From: Gonapodya sp. JEL0774
Lineage: Eukaryota
NCBI GenBank assembly: GCA_027604505.1
Contig: JADIIX010000047.1
Coordinates: 124,001-157,313 of the forward strand
Direction of reading: 5' to 3'
DNA: 33,313 nt
Position numbers and translations under genes: made by a program. This document shows positions 10,828 to 22,123 of this stretch, one piece after another (the first letter of the stretch is position 1; every line of letters begins with the position of its first letter). A model generated the notes under the pieces. The model searched no databases, was not told where the DNA came from, and saw only the letters and a list, made by a program, of their open reading frames with translations.

Positions 10828-12719
10828 AGTGCTTTTGAGTTGTTTTGTTTGATGGTGGTCGGTAAATCCTACGCTCCATGTGCTTAAGAGCTGTCCCCGC
10901 ACGCCCAAGCGCTATCGAACTCCTTACGGGTGCCCAACGATGTGCCAAGACCGTGTCATGAAGCCCTGGGGTATACACCATCTGATACATACACAGAGCA
11001 GGAAGGTCCTGATGGAACGGTGAAGAGGAATGAGGAGCGGAGGCAGTGCAGGCAGTGATCAACATGAGGAGACGGGGCGTGTCCGCATGATAGGTTGGTA
11101 TCGAGTTATTGAATCTAGGCTGATGTTGATTCCCTCAGACGTGGCTTGTGAACATGTGTTATGTGGAAACAGTTGTTGGTGATAATGCTGCTTAGTCGCT
11201 GACGTTTTTTTTGAGTTCTCACCCGAGTCAAAATCGGTCTTTGTAATATATGACGCCGATGGCTGTATGACTTCCATAATCTGGGGAACGTGTATAAACG
11301 AAGATGTCTACGCTACGTAATCCAACATTATTTTGAGTTCTGGCGCAAGAGGCTTTCGCCAAAACTCATCCATCACAACCCAACTAATCCACCATTCTCA
11401 TCTCCACACAATAGAGTACCACATAAGTGTTAGCTTTGACAGGATTGGCGTCTTTCAATTTCGAGTGCGCGCCGCGGCTCCCCCACAACTATGCTCGCCG
11501 GCGTCAGCAATTGGAAGTACTAAATCGTCTAGCCCCGAATTTCACTGAAAGCTTCGCAAGTCTCATGGCCAAAATAAGCGGGTCAACCAGCTGCCACGAC
11601 GGGGCACGAGCTACAGCGCACTCAGTGGTCATTGTTGGACTCTCGTTGCCGCTGAGTAAACCGTGACTGCAACACTGTCCGCCAAAGAGAAGATCGAATG
11701 CGCGATCAGTTGAGTACACCGATCACAAGGTGTATATACCTGGTCGGAAACAGTATAGGTAGGGGATAAACGGAGCCCCGCTTCCTCTTGGCAAGCTATG
11801 TCACAGAGCATTGTGATGGAAAGCTTGGCGAGAGAACACCGAGCCGAGAGCAGTTCAAAATTCGGGTCATTTTTCTAGCGGCCCAAAATCATTCTGCGCC
11901 GATCCCATTGTAGCTTGTGTGATTCTCGGCGGAGCTTCTGAACGCCACGCGCGATTTGCGATGCCACAACTGGTGTGGATTTTCAGGGGACGTTCGTGTG
12001 TTCTGTCGTGGACGGGGGAGTTTGACGTGTGCTGAGTGCGCTTGAGATCTTGAGCGGGAGAGGAGAGTAAGACACAACTGGTGAGGGAGCCGGAATCAGC
12101 AGCCATGGTCAGCAGCAAGAAGGAGGCCTCCATTGAATCCAGGGAACACGAAAACCGTCACCAATACCAAGCTGGGAGCATTGAGCAGCTACATACAGAT
12201 GAAGATTTCTTTCGGGACATTGTGGTGTTTCCACTACCACTCTCCTTCCATGTCATGTAGGGTTTTTTTCAGATTGATGCACATTATCGGGGATAATTGA
12301 GCCTGCCAGTTTGTTCCTTGGCAGGGGCTCCACAACTTGCAGAGCTCTGCGCCATCAAAAGCGAGAGTGATGTCAAAAAGACACAATAGGAGACACTGAC
12401 GCTCAGTATGAGGTGGACCTCTCTCTCGCATCGGTAGAAACGCGGCCATTGTCACCATTGGCCATGGAGTAGATCTTGATCAGCAAAAACGAACATTGGA
12501 GCCGGCGCAGACAAACGGGCCAGGTAGGGATGGGTTGACACTCTTCTGGACTTAAAGTCCGTGCAATGCAACAAGAACAAGGCAAAGTTGCTGTTGTTTC
12601 AAAGAGATACTTCTTGTTGTTGTTCCGGGGGTTCTTTGATCCTCAAATATCCCACGATCGTTACGGCAAATTCTGATGCCGAAACAAAAATTCAAGCACG
12701 TTTATATTCATCTTTTGCG

Positions 12720-13510
12720 ATGGCTACTCCCATTCATCTTACCCCGCCCGAGCCCAAGGTGCGCGCATCTTGCACGGCCATCAACAGTTCAAGTTTCCTT
12801 GCGGATTAACAAAGACCGCGAACCCAGTTAGAATTTTTGTTCCACCTCGAGTGTGACCTACTCCCTCCAATCGAAAATGGCCCAGGTCCCCACGGGCTAC
12901 GAAGGTGCGTGGTGATTGACATTCCACTGTTGATGTTCTTGAACTCGTTGTTCACCATTTGCGTATACCGCACGAACCTGGAAAACTTGTCGCAAATGTT
13001 TCAGGACAGTAATGTTTTCTGGAGGCAGATTCCACGGCATCAACGGTCTCAAGGGCACAGTCATTGCGGGAGGCGGTGACTGGATGCTGGTGGACCCCGA
13101 GAGACTCACCGCATATCTTGATACAAGATACAATCTCAAGACAGACGATGGTGCTTACATATATGTCCAAACTAAAGGAGTACGACACGCTGAAAAGGAG
13201 GTTCTGCAGAAGTAAGCCAGTCGTCTCCATGGTTTGAGCTAAGATACATAACTTAAATTTCGCCAACAGGGTATTATCACCGGATGCTGACGTTGACCCC
13301 AAGGAATATTATTTCCGGTGAGCATGGATTTGAAGAATGCAAAGTCTCCTAGAGGTATATTCATGCCCATGCCAACTTTAAACTTGTAGTTTGCACTGTC
13401 ATTTGGAAACAGGTGACCCGCGTTATTACTGGCTGAACAATTTGGTTATTGTTGCAAGCGCTATTAGGACTGGTAAAATTGTTGTGTATGATGCATACAA
13501 GCTGACTTGA
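12720..13510 (+). CDS. DUF3237 (UPF0311) family beta-barrel protein, 163 aa, 5 exons
   Basis: Exons 12720-12758, 12828-12904, 13005-13211, 13270-13317, 13390-13510 (492 nt). Protein PKLEFLFHLECDL..GPGPHGLRR..FSGGRFHG..LKGTVIAGGGDWMLV..YLDTRYNLKTDDGAYIYVQTKG..DVDPKEYYFR..LETGDPRYYWLNNLVIVASA..VVYDAYKLT carries the typical DUF3237 motifs. Confidence 0.93.
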
Positions 13511-13822
13511 ACCGACAAATAGTCCAGCCGCAATCCAACCGCATGTACGGTGTGGTTTAAGGATTCCTTGGGCCAAATCACCATAGAATCACTCCGAAAA
13601 TCATTGAACTCGGTGCTGTTGCCTTCGTGGAACCTCAGGTTTGACCAAACCTCTACCTCTAGGTGGCTCATCGCAGTAAAAATAATCAGCTGCAAGCCCT
13701 CATCCCGGGCTACCATTTTCTGGACGAGACTGGGCCAGAAATTTTGAACTGTAATCCGTAAGGCTCGGTGTAATGAGACAAATGAGGTACTAAATTAGGC
13801 GAGTCGGTCAAATAACCACTTA

Positions 13823-15019
13823 TCACGCTACGTTATTGTCGAAGAATGCCGGCAAACACCCTTCGTACAGCTGCGCTGTGGTCCAATCGATGTCACGGAT
13901 CTGCTCTCCAATGTACCACAAGTTACGCACTTTGCGTAGGTGAAGTACGAGGGCATTCTGTCCCCTCAGGTCCAGAAACACCGGCCACATGTCCAACCAG
14001 TTGCCGTTAGTATCCTGTCTGATGGCCACTATCGCGCACCTAGATGCCAGGAGGTGTATGACCTTCAGAGGAGTCTCCAGTGCCATGTGGCCGATTCCGC
14101 GGTGCCGAAACCACGTGGTGTTCATAGGCCCGACACAGTTGTACGGCCCAGTCAGCCGCTCGACGTACATGGCCAGTCGGTCCGCGAACACGAAGTCGCC
14201 ATTACAAACTACGTCCTCCAGTGTTTGAGACCACCGGATGCCGTGCACCACTTCCGAGATGCTCCAGTGGGGACCCCCTAGGAGGGAGGCCACACCCAAT
14301 GCCGCGAGGACGACCGTCAAGGCTGTAGATACGGCACCAATGGGGTCTATCCCCGAGGTATCCCCGTACTGGACGCGGATGACCACAGCAGCTACCAGAG
14401 TCAACAGGCCCAACAGGAAGCTGAACAGAGCCAAAATAGTAAGGCGTATGCTCCTTATGGGCACTCCGAGCGCTTTTACTCTGCCTAGAGCGCTTGCGAC
14501 TGCCTCGAATTCCTCTTGCAAAAAGTCGTTTGGGAAGAGTAGTGCTCGGGGATCCCTTTCAGGCAGTCCGCAGACGAAGAATGCTATACCCCTCTGCTCA
14601 CCGCAATACGCCCCTTTCTTCATGGCGACCGTTGTGCATCGCGCCGGATTTTGTCCAATTTGTAGTTCGGTGTTGCGCGGAGCAGAAATTTGAAATTGCG
14701 GTGATTCCAAGAAAACTTGGTCGCCTTGACCGACATTCAACAAAACCTGGTCCCTGTCCATTCTATGGCAGATTCCACACTTGTCCACAAGTGTGAGGGC
14801 GCATAAAGGAGAGCGCTTTTTCATGTTGGAGAGGTGGGCGATGCCCGCAACGAAGTCCCCCATCGTGCGGGATGACGCAGCTACAGCTGCCTGAAGTCGT
14901 TCCTCAGGCGAAGGGGCGATATGCACGATGACGGTTTCTCCAGACCACTTAAATCGAGTTTTCATGGTGGGTGAAGGTTCCCACGGAAGAGGTGTTGGCG
15001 GAGACTCCTTTGTTGCCAT
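13823..15019 (-). CDS. Intronless 398-aa membrane protein of unknown function with two adjacent TM helices
   Basis: Uninterrupted ORF from ATG 15019 to TGA. Hydrophobic helices LTILALFSFLLGLLTLVAAVVI and IGAVSTALTVVLAALGVASLLGG are joined by a GIDP loop and followed by a globular-looking C-terminal domain. Confidence 0.8.
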   Translation of the reverse strand: MATKESPPTPLPWEPSPTMKTRFKWSGETVIVHIAPSPEERLQAAVAASSRTMGDFVAGIAHLSNMKKRSPLCALTLVDKCGICHRMDRDQVLLNVGQGDQVFLESPQFQISAPRNTELQIGQNPARCTTVAMKKGAYCGEQRGIAFFVCGLPERDPRALLFPNDFLQEEFEAVASALGRVKALGVPIRSIRLTILALFSFLLGLLTLVAAVVIRVQYGDTSGIDPIGAVSTALTVVLAALGVASLLGGPHWSISEVVHGIRWSQTLEDVVCNGDFVFADRLAMYVERLTGPYNCVGPMNTTWFRHRGIGHMALETPLKVIHLLASRCAIVAIRQDTNGNWLDMWPVFLDLRGQNALVLHLRKVRNLWYIGEQIRDIDWTTAQLYEGCLPAFFDNNVA

Positions 15020-15251
15020 CTACGCCGATTTTCACCGCGGATCCACACTGATATATGCGGCCCTTGATCAGCTTTCCCTCTATTGTCACAGCAAGTCGGT
15101 TGTTACGAGGTTTGGGTGCTGTTTGTTGCGGACCACACCAACACGAGGCCACAGACACGTCGGAGAAATCGCCAAGCAGCAGATCCAAATAAGAGACCTG
15201 ATTGCCAGAGTCGCCAAAATCATGACAGCGAACCCGTTGCAGTCTCGGCAC
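15020..15251. promoter_or_regulatory. Short bidirectional promoter region between the two-TM gene and the secreted-protein gene
   Basis: About 230 nt separate the divergent ATGs, and a GATATATG element lies at ~15050. This is inferred from geometry. Confidence 0.5.
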
Positions 15252-16141
15252 ATGTGGATCTGGAGCGTCTCTCTGGCAGCGATCGCGATATTGTCGCCCG
15301 TCGCGAGTTCCGGTAAGGTCGAGATGGTTGCCGATTGCCGTACTTGCTTTATGCTCTCCGTCAACACTCTTGCGTCGATCCGATCCCCATTCAACTGCTT
15401 TTACATGCGATCAAGCCCCGCTTGCCAGCCATCGGCCGCCGTCCGTGTCGTTTCAGCATGTGAGGCAATCTCTCCAAGTACATGGCCAAACCGTTCTCGT
15501 CGCAGAAGCGTCCGAGAACCCACTAGAAATGAAGCAGATCGATGTCGCGTCGATCAATCAGATAACGAATACTCCCCCAGCTGTGGCATTCCAGTTCCCG
15601 AGTGTTCTGCTGTCTCCGGAGCCCAAGTGAGAACGCATTACCGACCAAACGAACTTTGTGAATGCTTGCCTGCATGACTCTTTTGCTCATCCCACGCGAT
15701 AGACTTTACACGGGAGAAATTTACAACATTTTGCTCAACTTCACCAACTCGGTGGACAACTCCACACGATACGCATTTGGTGCTTGCAATCTGACAGTCT
15801 TTCCGACGTTCATCGTGTCTGACACGGCCGACGACAATGGCGGTGACAGAATACTCCCATCTCAATACCTTCAAACTCCCGTACTCATGGACTGGACCAC
15901 GTTTGTCGACTCCTCACCTTGGTCCCCAGTCAGTAACTTTATCTCATGGCGGGTCCCGTCCCGTCGAGACATCACACCACTTCCTATGTACCCTGGCCGG
16001 TATAGGCTCTTTGCTTCGGTGACAGTTTTCGATTTCTATAACGTGAGCACGGCTGTGGACTACACGGATCCCAGCCTGGGCCTCGGACAGATTGTGGTGA
16101 CGGCTCAGAGTGGAGCCTTCATGGTCGTGGAGGCACAATAA
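15252..16141 (+). CDS. Secreted glycoprotein of unknown function, 236 aa, 3 exons
   Basis: Exons 15252-15312, 15416-15626, 15703-16141 (711 nt, in frame). Signal peptide MWIWSVSLAAIAILSPVASS followed by APL; sequons NFT, NST, NLT, NVS; beta-rich C-terminal domain ending PGRYRLFASVTVF..VTAQSGAFMVVEAQ. An in-frame upstream ATG at 15222 is an alternative start. Confidence 0.8.
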
Positions 16142-16340
16142 CAAGCGGTTGTCGCATGTTGAACATGAACAGTAGGGATTATTTGCATATGCGCATTTTC
16201 GCTGTTTTCAGCATAGCTACGGAATATCATCCTAAAAGTCCATGCAAAAGTCCCAGTGTTCCTTCAGCTCGTGTTTGCAGAGCACTCACGCGGCGCCTCA
16301 GCTGGCGCATGTCCATGGCACATTCATGCAGATCGCTAGC

Positions 16341-19300
16341 TCACACTGTCCGCCCAACCATCCAACCACCGTACCCTGCCTCTAATCCCATGAGCTCGTC
16401 TTCCAGGAGCTGCACGTAGTTCTCGTGCTTCTCGACCTCGTATGTGGCCATGAACAGGTCGAACTGCGCTTTTCGAACATCGCTGAGAAGTCTATCCTCG
16501 TCAGCAAGGAGCTTTTCTCGTTGGGAGCGATGACGCTCAGCCTTGAAACCCAAACAGAATGAAAACGACATTCTAGTATTCGAATTCCGCGATGCCTAAA
16601 TCGACTCACCTCGAGTTCTGCCCTTTCAGACCAGGGGGACCTCAGGATGTCGTAGCTCACCACCGGTACCGCAGCCGGTAAAGGCCCATTCGCAGAGTGT
16701 TGCGCTGGCGTGCCAACGCGCCTCGTACCATCCGGAGGAGTCCGCATCCCTGTCGGCGCATTTGATCCCGGTTGCGTCGGTGTATCTGTGGTGGGTCGCG
16801 GGCTGGGCTCCGCACCGCGATCCAATTTGAGATCCGCCGAAGATTGGTGCCCAAATGGTGAGCGCCCGTCAGGCCCATTGTACCCACCCCGTGCATAGGG
16901 GGAATCATAGCGTGAGTGCGGGGTAACAGGGGTCATGGGAGACTTGCCACGACTGTCCGTGAGGTGAAGGGCTGGAGGCGGTGCAGAGGATGGCGGAGGC
17001 GGTAAAGGATGCTGCATATTGCTGGAATGTGTTCGAGATAGGGAAGGAGGGTGTGCGGAAGACGGTGTGGGAGGCACGGAACGCTGTGTGTCATCTCGCG
17101 GGGTCCCCGGTGTTGGAAGGTTCTCCAGGCGACTGTATATCGACACATTGCCTGGACTGTCCGGAATTGCAAAAGATCCAGCCCGGCTAAGTTGACCTCG
17201 CTCGCTCCGTCCCGTTCCTAGCCTCGCACGTTCTTGCTCACCACGCATAAATGGTTCCCTCCCAAACGGTGATGCTGGCATCTGATCATGTTCCCTCGCT
17301 GTTTCAAATTGGACACCTTGCATATCTTTCAACCTGTCTCCGGGTGTTTCCCTTTCCCGCCCGAAGGCGGGTGCCACATCTGATACCTCCACGAAATTAA
17401 TCGTGGGTCCACGCGAACCCACTCCAGGTCCACTCGCCACGGGCCCTGATCCAAGAGTTACCTGAGAGTATATTTGCGGAGCCGGGGGCAAACGCGGGAT
17501 CGACAAGGGAGGGACTCTAATGTTGCTGGGTGGAGAACTAGTTGTCATGTTGTTCAGCACAGTTTCGGGTTTGCGCTCCCTCCTGCCAGCCACTACACCA
17601 CCAACAGCACTCGCGCTCGATGTTGGTGATGTCGAAGGCCAGTTCTCGAGCTCTGCGGGGTATTCATATTCGTTTGGTGATCCAGGCGTCGACACCGGGG
17701 CTGAAGTTGACGCCGACACTGGGAAAGTGGGTAGAGGAGGTGGTGCTGGTGCAACGTCTGCATTTTCTGAACGAGATTCTACGTGATATCGAGCGCTGGG
17801 GCCGTCCTGAGCGTGACGTGTTCGGTCAAATGAAATTGGAGGCGGCGGAGGAAGGTGGAGTTGGTGACGGCCTGGACCCATTGGAGGAGATTGGCCGCGA
17901 GGGTAGTCGGCGGGCGGGCGCCGGGACCAGTCACGGTCGATAGGTGGACCGAATCGGTCCCGGTCGAGTTTATCGCGATCCCACTCGCGATCCATCATCC
18001 TATCCCTGTCCATGCGATCTCTATCCATTCTGTCCCTATCCTTCTCCCACTCCCACTCCCTAGATCCCTCATAAAATCCTCCCATGGGACCCTTCCGACC
18101 GCTCGGCGGGCCATAACCATCCGGCCCACTGGGTGGAACCCACCGGTACCCGCCACCACGCTCGTCTCCAATGCCGCCTGGTCGTGGTCCCCCTCTTGCA
18201 GAGTCAGGTGGAGGCGGATACGGCGGGTACCCATCCCTGCCACCGATCCCCAATACTCCCCCAGGTCCTCCCCCAGGTGGTGGCGGAGGTGGTGCTCCTC
18301 CTTGTCCAGCATAGTAGTTCGAATAATAATCTCTCCACATTCTCCTATAATAGTCCTCCGCATCTCGGGGATGCCCATGTGGATGTGGATGCGGGTGCTG
18401 GGGATGGTGAAGAGGATGCTGGTGCTGCATATACCCATATCCATGAGAATGGGATAACGGAGCGCCAGGATTTGCGGGGCGGTACCTATCCCAACCTGGC
18501 GGAGGAGGGCTGGGGTGGTAGGAGTCACCGCTAAGACGGGGTCGGTCCGGTCTCCCCACTAACGAGTAATCCGCGGTTGGGACAGCGGAATTGGGCACCC
18601 ACCGGTCCCCACCTCGCTCTCTCATGTCACGATCACGACTTCGACTTCGTGTGGGGGCCTCTCGGGACCTGGCGCGGTCCCGCCCCCTATCCCTTCTGCG
18701 CCTCTCTCTCTCTCTGCTTCTACTGGATTCCCCAACCCTCCCCGGCCCTTCTCTCGGCGACTTCTCCCTGTCCTTGTCTCGCCCTGGCACCCGGCCCCTG
18801 TCCCTTCTCCTCCTCCTTCCCCCACTCCCTGAAGCACTCCCCGATCCACTCTCGGACCCACTTCCACTCCCACTCGCACTTCCACTGCCCCTCCTCACCT
18901 TCGTCTTGTCCCTCTCCCCAACACTTCCTGTCACTGTCGCCACGCCAGCCCCCGCGTCAGTCACTCCTACGCCCCTCGGCACAGGCGACGCAGTCCTCGA
19001 CCTACTTCCCGATCTCGTACGGGACCGCGAGGCAAGTTTCGCTCTCTTCGCTGGTGGAAGTTGGGTATACTGCGAGTTAGAGCGCGAATTGGTCGGAACT
19101 GGAGACCCAGCAGACACAGGTGAAGTCGGGACAGGGACCGCAAGTGAATGTGAGGGTGAATGGACCGCTTGCGAAGGACCGTCGTCTCCATCGCCCTTCC
19201 CGATTGCGTTCAGAAGCACGCCTTCAAATTCGAATTCTTCCTCATCCACCACACCAACCCCTCCTCCACCACCAGTCCTCGGTCGTTGCCTGTCACGTTT

Positions 19301-21021
19301 TTTCGGGCCAGCCAGCGAGAAGCCTACGAAAGAGGGATTGGGTGGTGGTGGAAGGGTTGGTGGGTTCGCCGTGGAGCTTGACGCCTCGTTAGATAGGGTA
19401 GTCGGTACCTCCGTGGGTGCGGGGTCGGCGGGTACGGTAATCGCGATCGATGGTGGTAGGGGAGTTGGTGGAGGAGGAGGGGGTGTGGGGGTGGTAACTG
19501 CCGTTGGCGACAATCGCCGCTTGTCAGGGGACCTCAACTCTAGTGAGCCTCTAACCTTTCCCATCCCGCCCCTCTCCCTCTCCCTACTTGTACTCTTTGA
19601 CCGGCTCCTCCGCCTGTCCCTTTCATTCCTTTCCCTTTCTCTCACTCGCTCCATCCTCTCCCTTTCACGATCCGCCCACTCCCTCTCCCGTTCCCTCTCT
19701 ATCCTCTCCCTGTCCCTCTCCCTGCCTCTATATCGTCGATCCATATCAGGAGGTGGAGCAGCGGAGGGTGGTGGTGGGGGTGGGAGTGATTGGGGCAACG
19801 CGTTGGCGAGGTGGCGTCGTGGGGGTGGTGGGGGTGGAGTGAAGCGGTGGGGCAGGACTACAAGCCGTTGAACACAAAAAGACCGGAGTTAAGAGATAAA
19901 AATGAACGATTGAGTGAGCTCGCTTGTTCCAAGTTGGGCGGCGATGAGCGTCTTCCGGGTGAGTTCGCCCGTGGAGAGGAGTGCCCAACGTCCACACCGA
20001 CATTTCCTTGAGCTTCAATACCTTCGCTTTCTCCCCAGTGAAGTCAGGTCCCGCACCCACTGTCTGAGAAGACGGCATGGTGTTCACCCAGCAACCCACC
20101 AATCTGCAACGACCTCTCGGGGGTTGACTCAATTCATGAACCTCAACTATTGGTGCCTGCTTGTCCGGCCCACCCCAAATTACTTGAGACTTAACTGGTG
20201 GTATCTTCTTCCCCGGCCGACCCCACATCACAAGGACTAACCGAAAACTCACCATCTCTTGGCAGTCCAGCGGACGGTCGTTGTCGCATATCCCTATCCC
20301 GTTCCCTGTCTCGGTCTCTGTCCCTCTCCCGTACGTCTCTACCGTCCCGATCCCGATCCCGCTCCCGCATATCTCTCTCTCTCTCTCTCTCTCGATCCCG
20401 ATCCCTCATGTCCCTCTCTCTCATGTCCCTGTCCCTGTCCCGCTCCCTCTCCCTCTCACGTTCCCTTTCTCGCTCTCTCTCGCGCATATCCCGCTCACGT
20501 TCTCGTGCGTCCCGCTCCTTATCCCGGAGCTTTCCAAGCGGGGTTGGAGACGGCGACAGAGGCACACCGTTAGGCAGACCGGCGCCGAAGCCCGACGCCG
20601 CGATCGGCGCGAGCCCCGGTCGGTCTGTGACGCGATGCGAGTACGGTTGCGGTGTTCCAGACCTGGACCCGGACCCGATACTCATCCCGTTGTGAAGGCC
20701 ATTGGGATGGGAACCAGCCTGGGCCCCAGCACCTCCAACAGGTGATTCGGACGAGCCCACGGCGACATCGCCATCGAGCTCTATTTCACCCTCCTCCATT
20801 TCGTCGGATTGAGGCGCTTGGGGGTGGGGCAAGGTAGTCGTGGAATGAGAAGCAGGGGTAGTAGCCGGGGTGGCAAGCGTGGAGCTCGGAGAAGATTGGT
20901 CCAAGGTTGGACCGGTTTCCATTTTATGCGATTGCAGCTCTCTAGTCGTAATGAGTGGCGAGTTGGGGAGCGATATGGGTACAATGGAGAGCGAACTAGT
21001 GGAAGCAGGTGGGGGGGACAT
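16341..21021 (-). CDS. ~1405-aa intrinsically disordered RE/RD/RS- and Pro/Gly-rich protein with a short C-terminal coiled coil
   Basis: Exons 21021-20253, 19857-16610, 16541-16341 (4218 nt, in frame; introns GTGAGT..TAG of 395 nt and GTGAGT..AAG of 68 nt). Contains EMEEGEI, (RE/RD)n, RS tracts, a His tract and a DYYRRMWRDYY block. C-terminus ERAELEAERHRSQREKLLADEDRLLSDVRKAQFDLFMATYEVEKHENYVQLLEDEL. Confidence 0.8.
20372..20393. repeat. (TC)11 microsatellite inside a coding exon, encoding (RE)n
   Basis: tctctctctctctctctctctc within exon 1 of the 16341-21021 gene. Confidence 0.9.
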
Positions 21022-22123
21022 TGGAGATGTGTGAAGTGGTGGGGGCTAGGTTCGGAAAAATGGAAGGCGTACCTAAAGAGTAGGACAGCTCTGTCAGTGA
21101 GTGAGCGGTACTTGCAATTGCGAATGGATTGAGAGGAACAAATTCCCTTTGCCGAGAGCCGCACCTGACCGTGCCCACGGACCACGCAGTTTCTTACAGC
21201 GAAAAGCAAGAGCGTGGCTGCGACTTGTGGACGGCGAAGAATGCGGGATTGCGAAATCTCGTTGAAACCTGCAGTTGCAATGCCTGCCAACCTCAACAAG
21301 AGCTCCCTTGTGACCGCCCCCCGTCCGCGTCCACGCTCTTGCTTTGGGTAGTCGCCACACGCGGGCTTCTTTCGATCAGACGCCTGGTTAAAATATGAGA
21401 ATGCGAAGGATTCAAATTCACGTCGGTCGTGAGGATTCGAGTGAAATGAACTCCACCCCAACACGCCTTCGTCCTCAGACGCAATCATTTCAACGTGAGA
21501 AATGGCGGTTGTACTTGAGATGCGAATACAAACCTCGAAATTTCGACGTGGGACGCGTTTGTCTGGGTTCCTCTCCCGTTCCAACTTTCAAATAAGAAAT
21601 GGCAGTGGAACCACACCAGTGCTTGCACCTTCCGCTCCACTTGAACAGAGAGCACACGTCACCACATTGTCTTCAAGCGCGGAGTTCGCTTCAAGATATA
21701 AGCTTTCATAACTCAGTAAAACCGTAAGGCTAAACAAAGTCCACCAAAAGAGTCAATGGAACCAGATTGATCAAGTCCTCCACCAATTCGTCTCAATGTC
21801 GGGGCCCACATGAGGTAAATGAAAATTCATGAATCCCAGGAGGAATGTCCTCTCGTACGTCATCCGCAGTGTGAATTATGGTGCATACTGTTTGATTCAA
21901 AGTGATACAGAAACTGAGACATGCGTAAAAATTAAGAGCTTTGATCTATGAACACTTCAGAGATGAAAAGCCATTCACCGTAGTATTTGACTGGAACAAA
22001 GCGTCGTTTGGTTGGTACTAGCGACGGCTGACGGATGGCATATTTGTGGTCGGCGGAACATCGTCACATAACTCAACTGCCATTTTTGGCGACGCCGACA
22101 CTGGATCATTGATTAAAACGGCG

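Noticed and set aside
10830..12100. Minus-strand gene or transposon in the intergenic gap
   Set aside because: Only short ORFs, no consistent splice path, and no transposase/RT motifs or terminal repeats seen.
14928..15677. 249-aa plus-strand ORF
   Set aside because: Only its middle (the signal-peptide exon) is coding; the rest overlaps the opposite gene, an intron and an out-of-frame exon.
17855..20745. Long plus-strand ORFs (426 aa, 200 aa, 165 aa and others)
   Set aside because: Antisense shadows of the GC-rich RE/RS-coding minus-strand gene, with LS/SL dipeptide composition.
21535..21546. Palindrome TCGAAATTTCGA in the divergent intergenic region
   Set aside because: A 12-nt palindrome is expected by chance in 33 kb and has no supporting context.
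20781..21584. 267-aa minus-strand ORF upstream of the low-complexity gene
   Set aside because: No recognisable motifs, non-coding-like composition, and it overlaps the real exon in another frame.
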